64,000 nucleotides of DNA from Escherichia coli (GCF_022846255.1 NZ_AP025682.1); one strand, 5' to 3'; shown: positions 46,254-56,511, counted from the first letter of the stretch. Numbers and translations are program-made. The notes: a model not told the origin generated them from the sequence alone.

Positions 46254-46930
46254 CACCGGACATTATCCTGCAGCGTACCGGGATCGACGTGAGAGCTGTC
46301 GAACAGGGGGATGATGCGTGGCACAAATTACGGCTCGGCGTCATCACCGCTTCAGAAGTTCACAATGTGATAGCAAAACCCCGCACCGGAAAAAAGTGGC
46401 CTGACATGAAAATGTCCTACTTTCACACCCTGCTGGCTGAGATTTGCACCGGTGTGGCTCCGGAAGTTAACGCTAAGGCGCTGGCCTGGGGAAAACAGTA
46501 CGAGAACGACGCCAGAGCCCTGTTTGAGTTTACTTCCGGCGTGAATGTTACTGAATCCCCGATCATCTATCGCGACGAAAGTATGCGCACCGCCTGCTCT
46601 CCCGATGGTTTATGCAGTGACGGCAATGGCCTTGAGCTGAAATGCCCGTTTACCTCCCGGGATTTCATGAAGTTCCGGCTCGGTGGTTTCGAGGCCATAA
46701 AATCGGCTTACATGGCCCAGGTGCAGTACAGCATGTGGGTGACGCGAAAAGATGCCTGGTACTTTGCCAACTATGACCCGCGTATGAAGCGTGAAGGCCT
46801 GCATTATGTCGTGATTGAGCAGAATGAAAAGTACATGGCGAATTTTGACGAGATGGTGCCGGAGTTCATCGAAAAAATGGACGTGGCACTGGCTGAAATT
46901 GGTTTTGTATTTGGGGAGCAATGGCGATGA
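46250..46930 (+). CDS. exo: Exo 5-prime to 3-prime exonuclease
   Basis: 226-aa ORF near-identical to recalled lambda Exo. Confidence 0.93.
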   Translation: MTPDIILQRTGIDVRAVEQGDDAWHKLRLGVITASEVHNVIAKPRTGKKWPDMKMSYFHTLLAEICTGVAPEVNAKALAWGKQYENDARALFEFTSGVNVTESPIIYRDESMRTACSPDGLCSDGNGLELKCPFTSRDFMKFRLGGFEAIKSAYMAQVQYSMWVTRKDAWYFANYDPRMKREGLHYVVIEQNEKYMANFDEMVPEFIEKMDVALAEIGFVFGEQWR

Positions 46931-47109
46931 AGCATCCTCACGATAATATCCGGGTAGGCGCGATCACTTTCGTCTACTCCGTTACAAAGCGAGGCTGGGT
47001 ATTTCCCGGCCTTTCTGTTATCCGAAATCCCCTGAAAGCACAGCGGCTGGCTGAGGAGATAAATAATAAACGGGGAGCTGTATGCACAAAGCATCTCCCG
47101 TTGAGTTAA
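46921..47109 (+). CDS. lambda orf60a-like hypothetical protein
   Basis: 62-aa ORF immediately after exo, overlapping stop/start. Confidence 0.55.
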   Translation: MAMKHPHDNIRVGAITFVYSVTKRGWVFPGLSVIRNPLKAQRLAEEINNKRGAVCTKHLPLS

Positions 47110-47273
47110 GAACGAGTATCGAGATGGCACATAGCCTCGCTCAAATTGGAGTCAGGTTTGTGCCAATACCAGTAGAAACAGACGAAGAATTTCATACGTT
47201 AGCCGCATCCCTTTCACAAAAGCTGGAAATGATGGTGGCGAAAGCAGAAGCAGATGAGAGAGACCAGGTATGA
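47082..47273 (+). CDS. lambda orf63-like hypothetical protein
   Basis: 63-aa ORF in lambda early-left position. Confidence 0.55.
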   Translation: MHKASPVELRTSIEMAHSLAQIGVRFVPIPVETDEEFHTLAASLSQKLEMMVAKAEADERDQV

Positions 47274-47283
47274 CAACCACTGA

Positions 47284-47565
47284 ATGCATTTTTCTGGCAG
47301 CGGGCTTCATATTCTGTGTGCTTATGCTTGCCGACATGGGGCTTGTTCAGTGACACCTCAGCAAGAAAACGCCCTTCGCAGCATTGCCCGTCAGGCTAAT
47401 TCTGAAATCAAAAAAGCCAGACAGCAGTTTCCGGATAAAAACGTCGATGACATTTGCCGTAGCGTACTGAAGAAGCACCGCGAAACGGTAACGCTGATGG
47501 GATTCACACCGACTCATTTAAGCCTTGCGATCGGCATGTTGAACGGCGTCTTTAAGGAACGGTGA
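47284..47565 (+). CDS. lambda orf61-like hypothetical protein (alternative GTG start at 47350)
   Basis: ORF in same transcriptional direction; start uncertain. Confidence 0.45.
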   Translation: MHFSGSGLHILCAYACRHGACSVTPQQENALRSIARQANSEIKKARQQFPDKNVDDICRSVLKKHRETVTLMGFTPTHLSLAIGMLNGVFKER

Positions 47566-47663
47566 ACATGAAAAGCAAAATCATCAGGGAGCTACAGGCT
47601 CCTTTTTTATTATTCGCATTTACCCTCAAGCGTATTAACCAACAATTCAGGGATTAATGAAAG

Positions 47664-47885
47664 ATGGCGGACATCATTGATTCAGTATCAGAAATTGAAG
47701 AATTACAGCGCAATACAGCAATAAAAATGCGTCGTCTGAACCACCAGACTATATCTGCCACTCATTGTTGTGAGTGTGGCGATCCGATAGATGAACTAAG
47801 ACGTCTGGCCGTTCAGGGTTGTCGGACTTGTGCAAGTTGCCAGGAAGATCTGGAGCTTATCAGTAAACAGAGAGGTTCGAAGTGA
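47664..47885 (+). CDS. TraR/DksA-family C4 zinc-finger protein
   Basis: 73-aa ORF with CCECGDPIDEL...CRTCASC four-cysteine motif. Confidence 0.65.
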   Translation: MADIIDSVSEIEELQRNTAIKMRRLNHQTISATHCCECGDPIDELRRLAVQGCRTCASCQEDLELISKQRGSK

Positions 47886-48091
47886 GCGAAATTAACTCTC
47901 AGGCACTGCGTGAAGCGGCGGAACGTGCAATTCCAGCAATGGAACGCCTGTTAATGTTGCCAGCTGATGATGATTTGTTAAGTGAACAGGAACTTAAAGA
48001 TTACGGTGTGGATATTGATGCGCTCAACGCCTTCAAATTTCTGGCCGGACCAGAAACCGTGCTGGCACTGCGCCGTCAGGAAGTTTTTTAG
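47882..48091 (+). CDS. hypothetical small acidic protein
   Basis: 69-aa ORF translationally coupled to the zinc-finger gene. Confidence 0.5.
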   Translation: MSEINSQALREAAERAIPAMERLLMLPADDDLLSEQELKDYGVDIDALNAFKFLAGPETVLALRRQEVF

Positions 48092-48580
48092 TACGATCAA
48101 TGGTTAACTCAACTCTCATGATTCCCTCCTCATTGATTTACTGTGTGAATATACAGTTACTTTATAAACCTCTCATTTGGATTTTGCAATGTTTTAAGGG
48201 CACGAATTGCGAATAACCCTATACAAAAAAACCCGCCGAAGCGGGTCTTATCTTTCATTAATGCTTAGTCCTTACAGGAAAAGACCAGCATTTATATCCG
48301 TATGCGTGTGCATCCAAAACTCGGCGCTCTGAGTCAGGCGTCCCAGCTTTAGCTCGCGCCCTGCGATAACGACATTTTACCCAGCGGAAACCATCCGGAA
48401 GTTTTTTGGTAGGAATTTCTTTCAAAGCCATAAATAAACCTCGTTCCAGGCGAGCACTTCCCTGAAACTTGATAAAAATATGGGGATCCGCTAATGTACT
48501 GTTGTTGACGCAGTACTGATTGCGGGTGCTCTAACATCCCCAATCCGAGCCCTTCCCCGGCAAAGGAAGGGCTCAAATTC

Positions 48581-49111
48581 TTATGAAGGCTTCACATACG
48601 CCTTCAAAATCGACATAATACGCTCAGCTTCTTCCATCGTGATGTTGGTAGGCAACCCCTGAACTGTAATCATTGCCCCTGTTTCAGGTCGAACAACGAT
48701 CGGTAAATTGAAAGTCTGCACTTTCTCATGTCTTGCAGCTTTAGCTTTCTCCATCTTCTGCTCCACCGCATCAAACCCATCTAAATTTCCTTCGGTGTCT
48801 GCCAAGTTGACTAAAGTCCCCACTCGCGTGTACTCCTCAAACTTATTGACAGCACTTTTAAACCGGCTTCGATAATTATGAATGGTGGATTCACTGGGCT
48901 TGTTTGCCTGAGTTTCAGCATAACGAGTAATGAGGTCTTCAACGTTCAGGTCGCGCACATCATCGTTGTCACTCGTGTCGACCACAGATAACAGCAGCAA
49001 CGCAGAATTTTTTAAGTTGCGAGCTGTTGCTTCGTTGATCAGCCCCAAGTTAGGCAACTTCATAAGAAAATCGAAGAATGCTTGCGTTGAGTAATTATCG
49101 TTCATAAGCAT
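48581..49111 (-). CDS. hypothetical protein (orphan accessory gene, opposite to early-left transcription)
   Basis: 176-aa ORF with SD GAGAG; own promoter region upstream; no recognisable domain. Confidence 0.6.
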   Translation of the reverse strand: MLMNDNYSTQAFFDFLMKLPNLGLINEATARNLKNSALLLLSVVDTSDNDDVRDLNVEDLITRYAETQANKPSESTIHNYRSRFKSAVNKFEEYTRVGTLVNLADTEGNLDGFDAVEQKMEKAKAARHEKVQTFNLPIVVRPETGAMITVQGLPTNITMEEAERIMSILKAYVKPS

Positions 49112-49149
49112 CTCTCATTGTTATCCATAGGTGTAGTGTAGATTCAGAG

Positions 49150-49190
49150 GTTTTACCGATCAATGTTTTTTTTATCGATCGATCAATCTT
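49150..49190 (-). promoter_or_regulatory. candidate promoter/operator with clustered GATC sites and direct repeat CGATCAAT
   Basis: GATC at 49158, 49177, 49181; CGATCAAT twice 23 bp apart; candidate -35 TTGATC. Confidence 0.4.
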
Positions 49191-49407
49191 TTTTTAAATC
49201 TAACCAATCCCACCCACTTAAAAACACTCAACAACATTTCACCCCCTCAGAAACAAAATAAAATAAACTATATAAAACAACAAAATACACAGATCTATAA
49301 AACAGACAACCGCCCCCGCCTCCCCCACCCCATACTGAATTTAGATACAGCCTTAGTTAATCAACCTTCGTTCACCAGAGCAGCACATATGCCTTCGGAC
49401 TTTTTAG

Positions 49408-49995
49408 TTAAGCCACAAATGGCAGTTTGCACAGTTCTGGTAGATTTGCCCTTACCAGAGCCTCCGCGAATTGTGGAGGTACGGCATTTCCGCATCTGGC
49501 GACCTGTTTATCCTTCGCATACTTCACGCCACGATAATCTTGGTCGATGATGTACCAGTCCGGGAAGCCCTGCGCCCGGTACAGTTCACGCGGCTGTAAC
49601 ATGCGCATACCAATATCAACAATGCGATACGTCACGCCATCGATCACCACCAGCCCGGTACAATCCTCGCCACAGTATTTACGCAGGAACGACAGCGTTT
49701 GTTGCGCGCGTTCTTCGTCGTACTCATCTACGGCAAGATGGGTTTCAACGTTCCCTACATGCAGGCCACCAGCCGTGACAGTCGGCATTGGCGCGTCGGT
49801 GCGTTGTCCATCCCGGCAGGTTCCGCGCAATTTAACCAGGTGAGAAGCAACCACAGCATGGTGATCGACGGTGGTCACAGAATGCATCGGCTCATCCATC
49901 CCCACTTCGGCAATAAACCGGTAAAGGTGTTCGCGATAAAGGTGAATATCAATGACTAAATCAGCAGCAGAAAGCAAAAGAATTTTTAGGTACAA
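49408..49995 (-). pseudogene. C-terminal remnant of a DNA (cytosine-5) methyltransferase
   Basis: 195-aa ORF with C5-MTase C-terminal motifs (RMLQPRELYRAQGFPDWY, ARCGNAVPP) but no N-terminal catalytic motifs. Confidence 0.55.
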
Positions 49996-50046
49996 TCAAA
50001 ATCACTTTTTGTTGTTAACTATTTGATGAACTACAAGGATAAGATC

Positions 50047-50356
50047 ATGTATCAGCAAATCATTTTTGAAGAAGGAAAAGAACCAAGAGTGCACACAAGC
50101 CACCAAGACATCAAGACATCAAGACATCAAGACATCAAGACATCAAGACATCAAGTCTATCGAAATAAGTGATAACAGTGGAAAAGTTCAAGAGATTTCG
50201 GTTATGGAGTTCAAGGATACCAGAGGAGATGTTTTTTATGCTTACAACTATGCTTATTCTGGTAAAAAACCATCAAATGACGAAATCTATAAGGCTATTG
50301 ATGAGCTAAAGCCAATCGGTGAAAAATTCGAAATGTCTAAGACTATAAGCGATTAG
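50047..50356 (+). CDS. small hypothetical protein gene with 5-prime octanucleotide repeat tract; ATG at 50047 is out of frame with the long downstream frame
   Basis: ATG at 50047 with SD AAGGA gives 41-aa product; long frame (TTG 50066..50356, 96 aa) is shifted by the repeat; AT-rich. Confidence 0.45.
50104..50151 (+). repeat. simple sequence repeat (CAAGACAT)x6, perfect
   Basis: Six exact tandem copies of an 8-bp unit plus partial flanking copies. Confidence 0.95.
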
Positions 50357-50517
50357 ATAAATCTGTTTTCAACATTGCAGCAAAATCATAGGAAGAACGC
50401 GACAAAGTTAACATGCTATCGCGAACAGTCGTTAACATCACCTAAAGTCAGCGAATCGCGATACATGGAAATGTCTGGGAAGAACGCCAAGAAGTAAGCG
50501 CAATTTGAACAAATGCG

Positions 50518-50572
50518 AACCCGCCGAGTGCGGGTTTTCTTTTATCTGAACTCGCTACGGCGGGTTTTGTTT
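50518..50572 (+). terminator. two tandem rho-independent terminator-like hairpins
   Basis: CCCGC-CGAGT-GCGGG followed by TTTTCTTTTAT, then second GC hairpin followed by TTTTGTTTT. Confidence 0.55.
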
Positions 50573-50586
50573 TATGGAGACAAGAA

Positions 50587-50931
50587 ATGTCAGATTTGGC
50601 TATGAAGGTTTTGAAATGGCAATCGACTGGCGATGTTGGCATCAGTAGCGCAACTCTTGCCTCAATCGCATGTGGACTGAAAAAGAATATCTATGGTCAT
50701 AGCTTCGGTGCTCCACATGACGCAGCCGATTTCCGACGATGCGTTGCGCTTGTCGAGCAGATTCCAGAAATCAGGGATTCATTCGACAAGGTTGCAAAGC
50801 GCGTTCCGGCATTCAAAGGCATCCTCAACGAATGGGATTCTCTCGTTGCTCTGTTGAAGTCTGAAATGAAGATACACGGAAACAAAGCACCAGAGACTTA
50901 CAGAAGAATTAGCGAGTTACGCAAGGACTAA
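50587..50931 (+). CDS. hypothetical protein upstream of xis
   Basis: 114-aa ORF; no recognisable domain. Confidence 0.55.
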   Translation: MSDLAMKVLKWQSTGDVGISSATLASIACGLKKNIYGHSFGAPHDAADFRRCVALVEQIPEIRDSFDKVAKRVPAFKGILNEWDSLVALLKSEMKIHGNKAPETYRRISELRKD

Positions 50932-51036
50932 CCACAGCCTCACACTCGATGAGGCCCGTTCATTTCTCAAGATATCCAGACCTACCATTGCCGCATCAAT
51001 GCGGCTTTTCTTGCGTGTAATTGCGGAGACTTTGCG

Positions 51037-51255
51037 ATGTACTTGACACTTCAGGAGTGGAACGCACGCCAGCGACGCCCAAGAAGCCTTGAAACAGTTC
51101 GTCGATGGGTGCGCGAATGCAGGATATTCCCTCCTCCGGTTAAGGATGGAAGAGAGTATCTGTTCCACGAATCAGCGGTAAAGGTTGACTTAAATCGACC
51201 AGTAACAGGTAGCCTTTTGAAGAGGATCAGAAATGGGAAGAAGGCGAAGTCATGA
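51037..51255 (+). CDS. xis: excisionase Xis
   Basis: 72-aa ORF MYLTLQEWNARQRRPRSLETVRRWVRE matches recalled lambda Xis. Confidence 0.93.
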   Translation: MYLTLQEWNARQRRPRSLETVRRWVRECRIFPPPVKDGREYLFHESAVKVDLNRPVTGSLLKRIRNGKKAKS

Positions 51256-52306
51256 GCGCCGGGATTTACCCCCTAACCTTTATATAAGAAACAATGGATA
51301 TTACTGCTACAGGGACCCAAGGACGGGTAAAGAGTTCGGATTAGGCAGAGACAGGAGGATAGCAATTACTGAAGCAATACAGGCCAATATTGAGTTACTC
51401 TCAGACAGCGGACGCAAATCACTAATAGACAGAATTAAAGGCGGTGACGCAATCACTCTTCATGTGTGGCTTGACCGATATGAAACAATCCTCACCGAAA
51501 GGGGGATCAGGCCGAAAACTCTACTCGACTACGCCAGCAAAATCAGGGCAATCCGAAGAAAATTGCCGGACAAACCGCTCACTGACATATCAACGAAAGA
51601 AGTGGCAGCAATGCTAAACACCTACGTAGCAGAAGGTAAAGCAGCTTCCGCAAAATTAATCAGGTCAACCCTTGTTGACGTTTTTCGTGAAGCAATAGCC
51701 GAGGGGCATGTGGCAACGAATCCGGTAACAGCAACCCGTACAGCAAAGTCAGAAGTAAGGCGCTCAAGGCTGACAGCTAATGAGTATGTCGAGATTTACC
51801 ATGCAGCCGAACCTCTCCCTATCTGGCTAAGGCTGGCGATGGATTTGGCCGTCGTTACAGGGCAGAGAGTCGGCGATTTGTGCAGAATGAAATGGTCAGA
51901 CATAAACGACAACCATCTTCACATTGAACAGAGTAAAACAGGGGCTAAACTCGCCATTCCGCTAACGCTAACGATTGACGCGCTCAATATCTCATTGGCT
52001 GATACACTACAGAAATGCAGGGAGGCCAGCAGCAGTGAAACTATAATCGCATCAAAGCATCACGATCCGCTTTCCCCGAAAACAGTATCAAAGTATTTTA
52101 CAAAGGCGAGAAATGCATCTGGACTCTCATTTGATGGAAACCCGCCAACATTCCATGAACTGCGTAGCCTGTCAGCGAGGCTATACCGGAACCAGATTGG
52201 CGATAAGTTTGCTCAACGTCTTCTCGGGCATAAATCAGACTCAATGGCGGCGCGGTATAGGGACAGCCGTGGACGGGAATGGGACAAAATTGAAATCGAC
52301 AAATGA
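51233..52306 (+). CDS. int: tyrosine integrase Int (lambda family)
   Basis: 357-aa ORF; N- and C-terminal regions match recalled lambda Int, central region divergent; ends 66 bp from att core. Confidence 0.93.
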   Translation: MGRRRSHERRDLPPNLYIRNNGYYCYRDPRTGKEFGLGRDRRIAITEAIQANIELLSDSGRKSLIDRIKGGDAITLHVWLDRYETILTERGIRPKTLLDYASKIRAIRRKLPDKPLTDISTKEVAAMLNTYVAEGKAASAKLIRSTLVDVFREAIAEGHVATNPVTATRTAKSEVRRSRLTANEYVEIYHAAEPLPIWLRLAMDLAVVTGQRVGDLCRMKWSDINDNHLHIEQSKTGAKLAIPLTLTIDALNISLADTLQKCREASSSETIIASKHHDPLSPKTVSKYFTKARNASGLSFDGNPPTFHELRSLSARLYRNQIGDKFAQRLLGHKSDSMAARYRDSRGREWDKIEIDK

Positions 52307-52372
52307 TTTTATTTTGACTAATAATGACCTGCCTACATTAATTCATTGATAATAAAAGAGATTTTAAATATA
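52307..52372. promoter_or_regulatory. Int arm-type binding sites (P-prime arm of att)
   Basis: Reverse complement reads CAGGTCATTATTAGTCAAAATAAAA, close to recalled lambda P-prime arm. Confidence 0.6.
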
Positions 52373-52390
52373 CAACTTATTCACCTAAAG
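52373..52390. other. att core copy adjacent to int (attL-type junction)
   Basis: CAACTTATTCACCTAAAG; shares TTCACCTAAAG with copy at 3294..3312. Confidence 0.6.
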
Positions 52391-52400
52391 TGCACCGACC

Positions 52401-55133
52401 GTGAATTTAACCCTGACCCGAAGACTCTGGATGGGCTTTGCCCTGATGGCGCTGTTAACCCTGACCAGTACCCTGGTGGGATGGTACAACCTGCGCTTTA
52501 TCAGCCTGGTGGAAAAAGACAACACTCAGGCATTGATTCCTACCATGAATATGGCGCGCCAGTTGAGCGAAGCCAGCGCCTGGGAACTTTTCGCCGCGCA
52601 GAACCTGACCAGTGCCGATAACGAAAAGATGTGGCAGGCGCAGGGGCGAATGCTCACCGCACAAAGCCTGAAGATTAATGCGTTGCTGCAAGCGTTACGG
52701 GAACAAGGTTTTGACACCACCGCTATTGAACAACAGGAGCAGGAGATCTCCCGTTCGTTACGTCAGCAAGGGGAACTGGTGGGACAGCGTTTGCAACTGC
52801 GCCAGCAACAACAGCAACTCAGTCAGCAGATAGTCGCCGCCGCCGATGAGATCGCACGCCTGGCGCAAGGTCAGGCGAATAATGCGGCAACCTCCGCCGG
52901 AGCGACCCAGGCCGGGATTTACGATTTGATCGAACAACATCAGCGTCAGGCCGCAGAAAGTGCACTCGATCGGCTGATTGATATCGATCTTGAGTATGTT
53001 AACCAGATGAATGAACTGCGCCTTAGCGCCCTACGGGTGCAGCAAATGGTGATGAATCTGGGGCTGGAACAGATCCAGAAAAATGCGCCAACGCTGGAAA
53101 AGCAGCTCAATAATGCGGTGAAAATTCTGCAACGTCGGCAAATACGCATTGAAGATCCGGGTGTTCGTACTCAGGTAGCAACAACGTTAACTACCGTTAG
53201 CCAATATAGCGATTTGCTGGCGCTGTATCAGCAGGACAGTGAAATCAGCAATCACCTGCAAACTCTCGCCCAAAATAACATCGCCCAATTCGCGCAGTTT
53301 AGTAGCGAAGTCAGTCAGCTGGTCGACACCATTGAGCTGCGTAATCAGCACGGACTGGCGCATCTGGAAAAAGCCAGTGCACGCGGGCAATACAGCCTGT
53401 TATTGCTGGGGATGGTTTCACTTTGCGCACTGATACTGATCCTCTGGCGCGTGGTTTATCGCTCAGTCACGCGTCCACTTGCCGAACAAACGCAGGCACT
53501 GCAACGACTGCTGGACGGTGATATTGACTCCCCTTTCCCGGAAACCGCTGGCGTACGGGAACTGGACACCATCGGGCGGCTGATGGATGCGTTTCGCAGC
53601 AGTGTTCATGCACTGAATCGCCACCGTGAACAGTTGGCGGCGCAGGTCAAAGCGCGTACAGCTGAATTGCAGGAACTGGTGATAGAACACCGACAGGCAC
53701 GGGCGGAAGCAGAAAAAGCCAACCAGGCAAAATCAGCGTTTCTGGCGGCGATGAGCCATGAGATCCGCACACCGCTGTACGGTATTCTCGGTACCGCACA
53801 GCTACTGGCAGATAACCCCGCACTTAACGCTCAGCGTGATGATTTGCGGGCAATTACCGACTCTGGCGAATCGTTGCTGACCATCCTCAACGATATTCTC
53901 GATTATTCGGCTATCGAAGCAGGCGGCAAGAATGTTTCGGTCAGCGATGAACCCTTTGAACCGCGCCCGTTGCTGGAAAGTACCCTGCAATTAATGAGCG
54001 GACGGGTGAAAGGTCGCCCGATTCGCCTGGCAACGGCAATTGCCGACGATGTACCGACTGCGTTAATGGGCGATCCGCGGCGTATTCGTCAGGTCATTAC
54101 CAACCTGTTGAGCAACGCCCTGCGTTTCACCGACGAAGGGCACATTATCCTGCGTAGTCGCACTGATGGCGAACAATGGCTGGTCGAAGTGGAAGACAGC
54201 GGTTGCGGTATTGATCCCGCGAAACTGGCAGAAATCTTCCAGCCATTTGTTCAGGTAAGCAGCAAACGCGGCGGAACCGGGCTGGGGCTGACTATCAGTA
54301 GCCGTCTGGCCCAGGCGATGGGCGGCGAACTGAGCGCCACCAGCACGCCGGAGGTTGGAAGCTGTTTTTGTTTACGCTTGCCGTTACGTATTGCCACTGC
54401 ACCCGTGCCAAAAACAGTCAATCAGGCGGTACGTCTGGACGATTTGCGTTTGCTGTTAATTGAAGATAACCCGCTCACCCAGCGAATTACTGTCGAAATG
54501 CTGAACACCAGTGGTGCGCAGGTCGTTGCAGTAGGAAATGCCGCGCAGGCTTTAGAGACACTGCAAAATAGTGAACCATTTGCTGTCGCACTGGTGGATT
54601 TTGATCTGCCGGATATCGACGGCATTACGCTTGCCCGGCAACTGGCACAGCAATATCCGTCGCTGGTTTTGATTGGCTTTAGCGCTCATGTCATCGACGA
54701 AACACTGCGCCAGCGTACCAGTTCGCTATTTCGCGGGATTATCCCTAAACCGGTGCCGCGTGAAGTGCTCGCTCAATTACTGGCGCACTATCTCCAACTG
54801 CAAGTCAAAAATGATCAACCGCTGGATGTATCGCAACTCAATGAAGATGCTCATTTAATGGGGGCGGAGAAGATCCACGAATGGCTGATATTATTTAAAC
54901 AACATGCCCTGCCGCTTCTCGATGAAATCGACATTGCCCGCGCCAGTCAGGATAACGAGAAAATAAAGCGTGCCGCACATCAGCTAAAAAGCAGTTGCTC
55001 GAGTCTGGGAATGCGTAGCGCCAGCCAGCAATGCGCACAACTGGAGCAGCAGCCATTATCTGCCCCCCTTCCACACGAAGAAATTACACGCAGTGTTGCC
55101 GCTCTGGAAGCATGGTTAATAAGAAAGACCTGA
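52401..55133 (+). CDS. torS: hybrid sensor histidine kinase TorS
   Basis: 910-aa ORF (GTG start) with HAMP, HisKA (SHEIRTP), HATPase, receiver and HPt domains; matches recalled TorS. Confidence 0.93.
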   Translation: MNLTLTRRLWMGFALMALLTLTSTLVGWYNLRFISLVEKDNTQALIPTMNMARQLSEASAWELFAAQNLTSADNEKMWQAQGRMLTAQSLKINALLQALREQGFDTTAIEQQEQEISRSLRQQGELVGQRLQLRQQQQQLSQQIVAAADEIARLAQGQANNAATSAGATQAGIYDLIEQHQRQAAESALDRLIDIDLEYVNQMNELRLSALRVQQMVMNLGLEQIQKNAPTLEKQLNNAVKILQRRQIRIEDPGVRTQVATTLTTVSQYSDLLALYQQDSEISNHLQTLAQNNIAQFAQFSSEVSQLVDTIELRNQHGLAHLEKASARGQYSLLLLGMVSLCALILILWRVVYRSVTRPLAEQTQALQRLLDGDIDSPFPETAGVRELDTIGRLMDAFRSSVHALNRHREQLAAQVKARTAELQELVIEHRQARAEAEKANQAKSAFLAAMSHEIRTPLYGILGTAQLLADNPALNAQRDDLRAITDSGESLLTILNDILDYSAIEAGGKNVSVSDEPFEPRPLLESTLQLMSGRVKGRPIRLATAIADDVPTALMGDPRRIRQVITNLLSNALRFTDEGHIILRSRTDGEQWLVEVEDSGCGIDPAKLAEIFQPFVQVSSKRGGTGLGLTISSRLAQAMGGELSATSTPEVGSCFCLRLPLRIATAPVPKTVNQAVRLDDLRLLLIEDNPLTQRITVEMLNTSGAQVVAVGNAAQALETLQNSEPFAVALVDFDLPDIDGITLARQLAQQYPSLVLIGFSAHVIDETLRQRTSSLFRGIIPKPVPREVLAQLLAHYLQLQVKNDQPLDVSQLNEDAHLMGAEKIHEWLILFKQHALPLLDEIDIARASQDNEKIKRAAHQLKSSCSSLGMRSASQQCAQLEQQPLSAPLPHEEITRSVAALEAWLIRKT

Positions 55134-55215
55134 ACGCGATTTGAATCAATATCAGCCAGTTAAGAACAACTAGAATAGTGGCATTTGGTATGCAACTTAA
55201 CGGACTGGCAAAATC

Positions 55216-56289
55216 ATGGCAGAGAAAAAAAGAACCCGCTGGCAGCGGCGGCCAGGCACGACGGGCGGCAAATTACCGTGGAATGACTGGCGCAATGCCA
55301 CGACCTGGCGTAAAGCGACGCAATTATTACTGTTGGCAATTAATATTTATATTGCCATCACGTTCTGGTATTGGGTGCGCTATTACGAAACGGCAGGTAG
55401 TACGACATTTGTCGCCAGACCGGGAGGTATCGAAGGCTGGCTACCGATTGCCGGTCTGATGAATCTGAAATATAGCCTTGCAACAGGTCAGTTACCGTCC
55501 GTCCACGCCGCCGCGATGCTGTTATTGGTCGCTTTTATCGTCATCAGTCTATTACTCAAAAAGGCCTTTTGTTCATGGTTATGCCCGGTTGGTACGCTTT
55601 CGGAATTAATCGGCGATCTCGGTAACAAACTGTTTGGTCGGCAATTTGTCCTTCCCCGCTGGCTGGATATTCCTCTGCGCGGCGTGAAGTATTTGCTGTT
55701 GAGTTTTTTTCTCTATATCGCGTTATTGATGCCCGCTCAGGCGATTCACTATTTTATGTTGTCGCCCTACAGCGTGGTGATGGACGTTAAAATGCTCGAT
55801 TTCTTTCGTCATATGGGGACCGCGACATTAATCAGCATGATCGTTTTGCTGATTGCCAGCCTGATTATTCGCCATGCCTGGTGTCGTTATCTTTGCCCAT
55901 ATGGCGCGCTGATGAGCGTGGTTTCGCTATTATCGCCGTTTAAGATTCGTCGCAATGCCGAAAGTTGTATCGATTGTGGCAAATGCGCAAAAAGTTGCCC
56001 ATCACGGATCCCGGTCGATAAATTAATTCAGGTACGAACAGTGGAATGTACCGGCTGTATGACTTGCGTAGAGTCATGTCCGGTAGCCTCAACATTGACC
56101 TTTTCACTGCAAAAACCTGCGGCAAATAAAAAAGCCTTTGCGTTGTCTGGCTGGTTAATGACGCTACTGGTTATGGGGATTATGTTTGCGGCGATTGGTT
56201 ACGCAATGTATGCGGGAGTATGGCAAAGCCCGGTGCCGGAGGAATTGTACCAACGCTTAATTCCGCAATCGCCAATGATTGGTCACTAA
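55216..56289 (+). CDS. yccM: 4Fe-4S membrane protein YccM
   Basis: 357-aa ORF with TM segments and CxxCxxC ferredoxin-like motifs. Confidence 0.85.
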   Translation: MAEKKRTRWQRRPGTTGGKLPWNDWRNATTWRKATQLLLLAINIYIAITFWYWVRYYETAGSTTFVARPGGIEGWLPIAGLMNLKYSLATGQLPSVHAAAMLLLVAFIVISLLLKKAFCSWLCPVGTLSELIGDLGNKLFGRQFVLPRWLDIPLRGVKYLLLSFFLYIALLMPAQAIHYFMLSPYSVVMDVKMLDFFRHMGTATLISMIVLLIASLIIRHAWCRYLCPYGALMSVVSLLSPFKIRRNAESCIDCGKCAKSCPSRIPVDKLIQVRTVECTGCMTCVESCPVASTLTFSLQKPAANKKAFALSGWLMTLLVMGIMFAAIGYAMYAGVWQSPVPEELYQRLIPQSPMIGH

Positions 56290-56337
56290 ATTAGCAACAA
56301 GCGGAACATCACCTCGCACGGGGTGATGTTCACAAAA

Positions 56338-56511
56338 TCACATTATTTTGATTTTGACATCATAACTTTCAAGCCCGGTCATTTTTTCTCGTGCGGTGAA
56401 GCGAATTTCAGAGACTTCTTTCCCTGTATTCTTGTTCAGCTCGGCGATTTTTTGCGCGATAAAGTCGGCGATTTCCGTTTCGGCTTGTTTTTTTAACTCT
56501 TCAATATTCAC
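56338..56511 (-). CDS. gnsA: GnsA (secG-null suppressor; unsaturated fatty acid regulator)
   Basis: 57-aa ORF from GTG: VNIEELKKQAETEIADFIAQKIAELNKNTGKEVSEIRFTAREKMTGLESYDVKIKIM. Confidence 0.75.
   Translation of the reverse strand: MNIEELKKQAETEIADFIAQKIAELNKNTGKEVSEIRFTAREKMTGLESYDVKIKIM

Noticed and set aside
48349..48576. 75-aa minus-strand ORF downstream of the 176-aa orphan gene
   Set aside because: Gly/Ser/Pro-rich low-complexity translation across hairpin-rich non-coding sequence; no SD; probably 3-prime UTR or terminator region.
52346..52621. 91-aa + strand ORF from a TTG start
   Set aside because: Runs across the att core and into torS in another frame; artefact spanning the junction.
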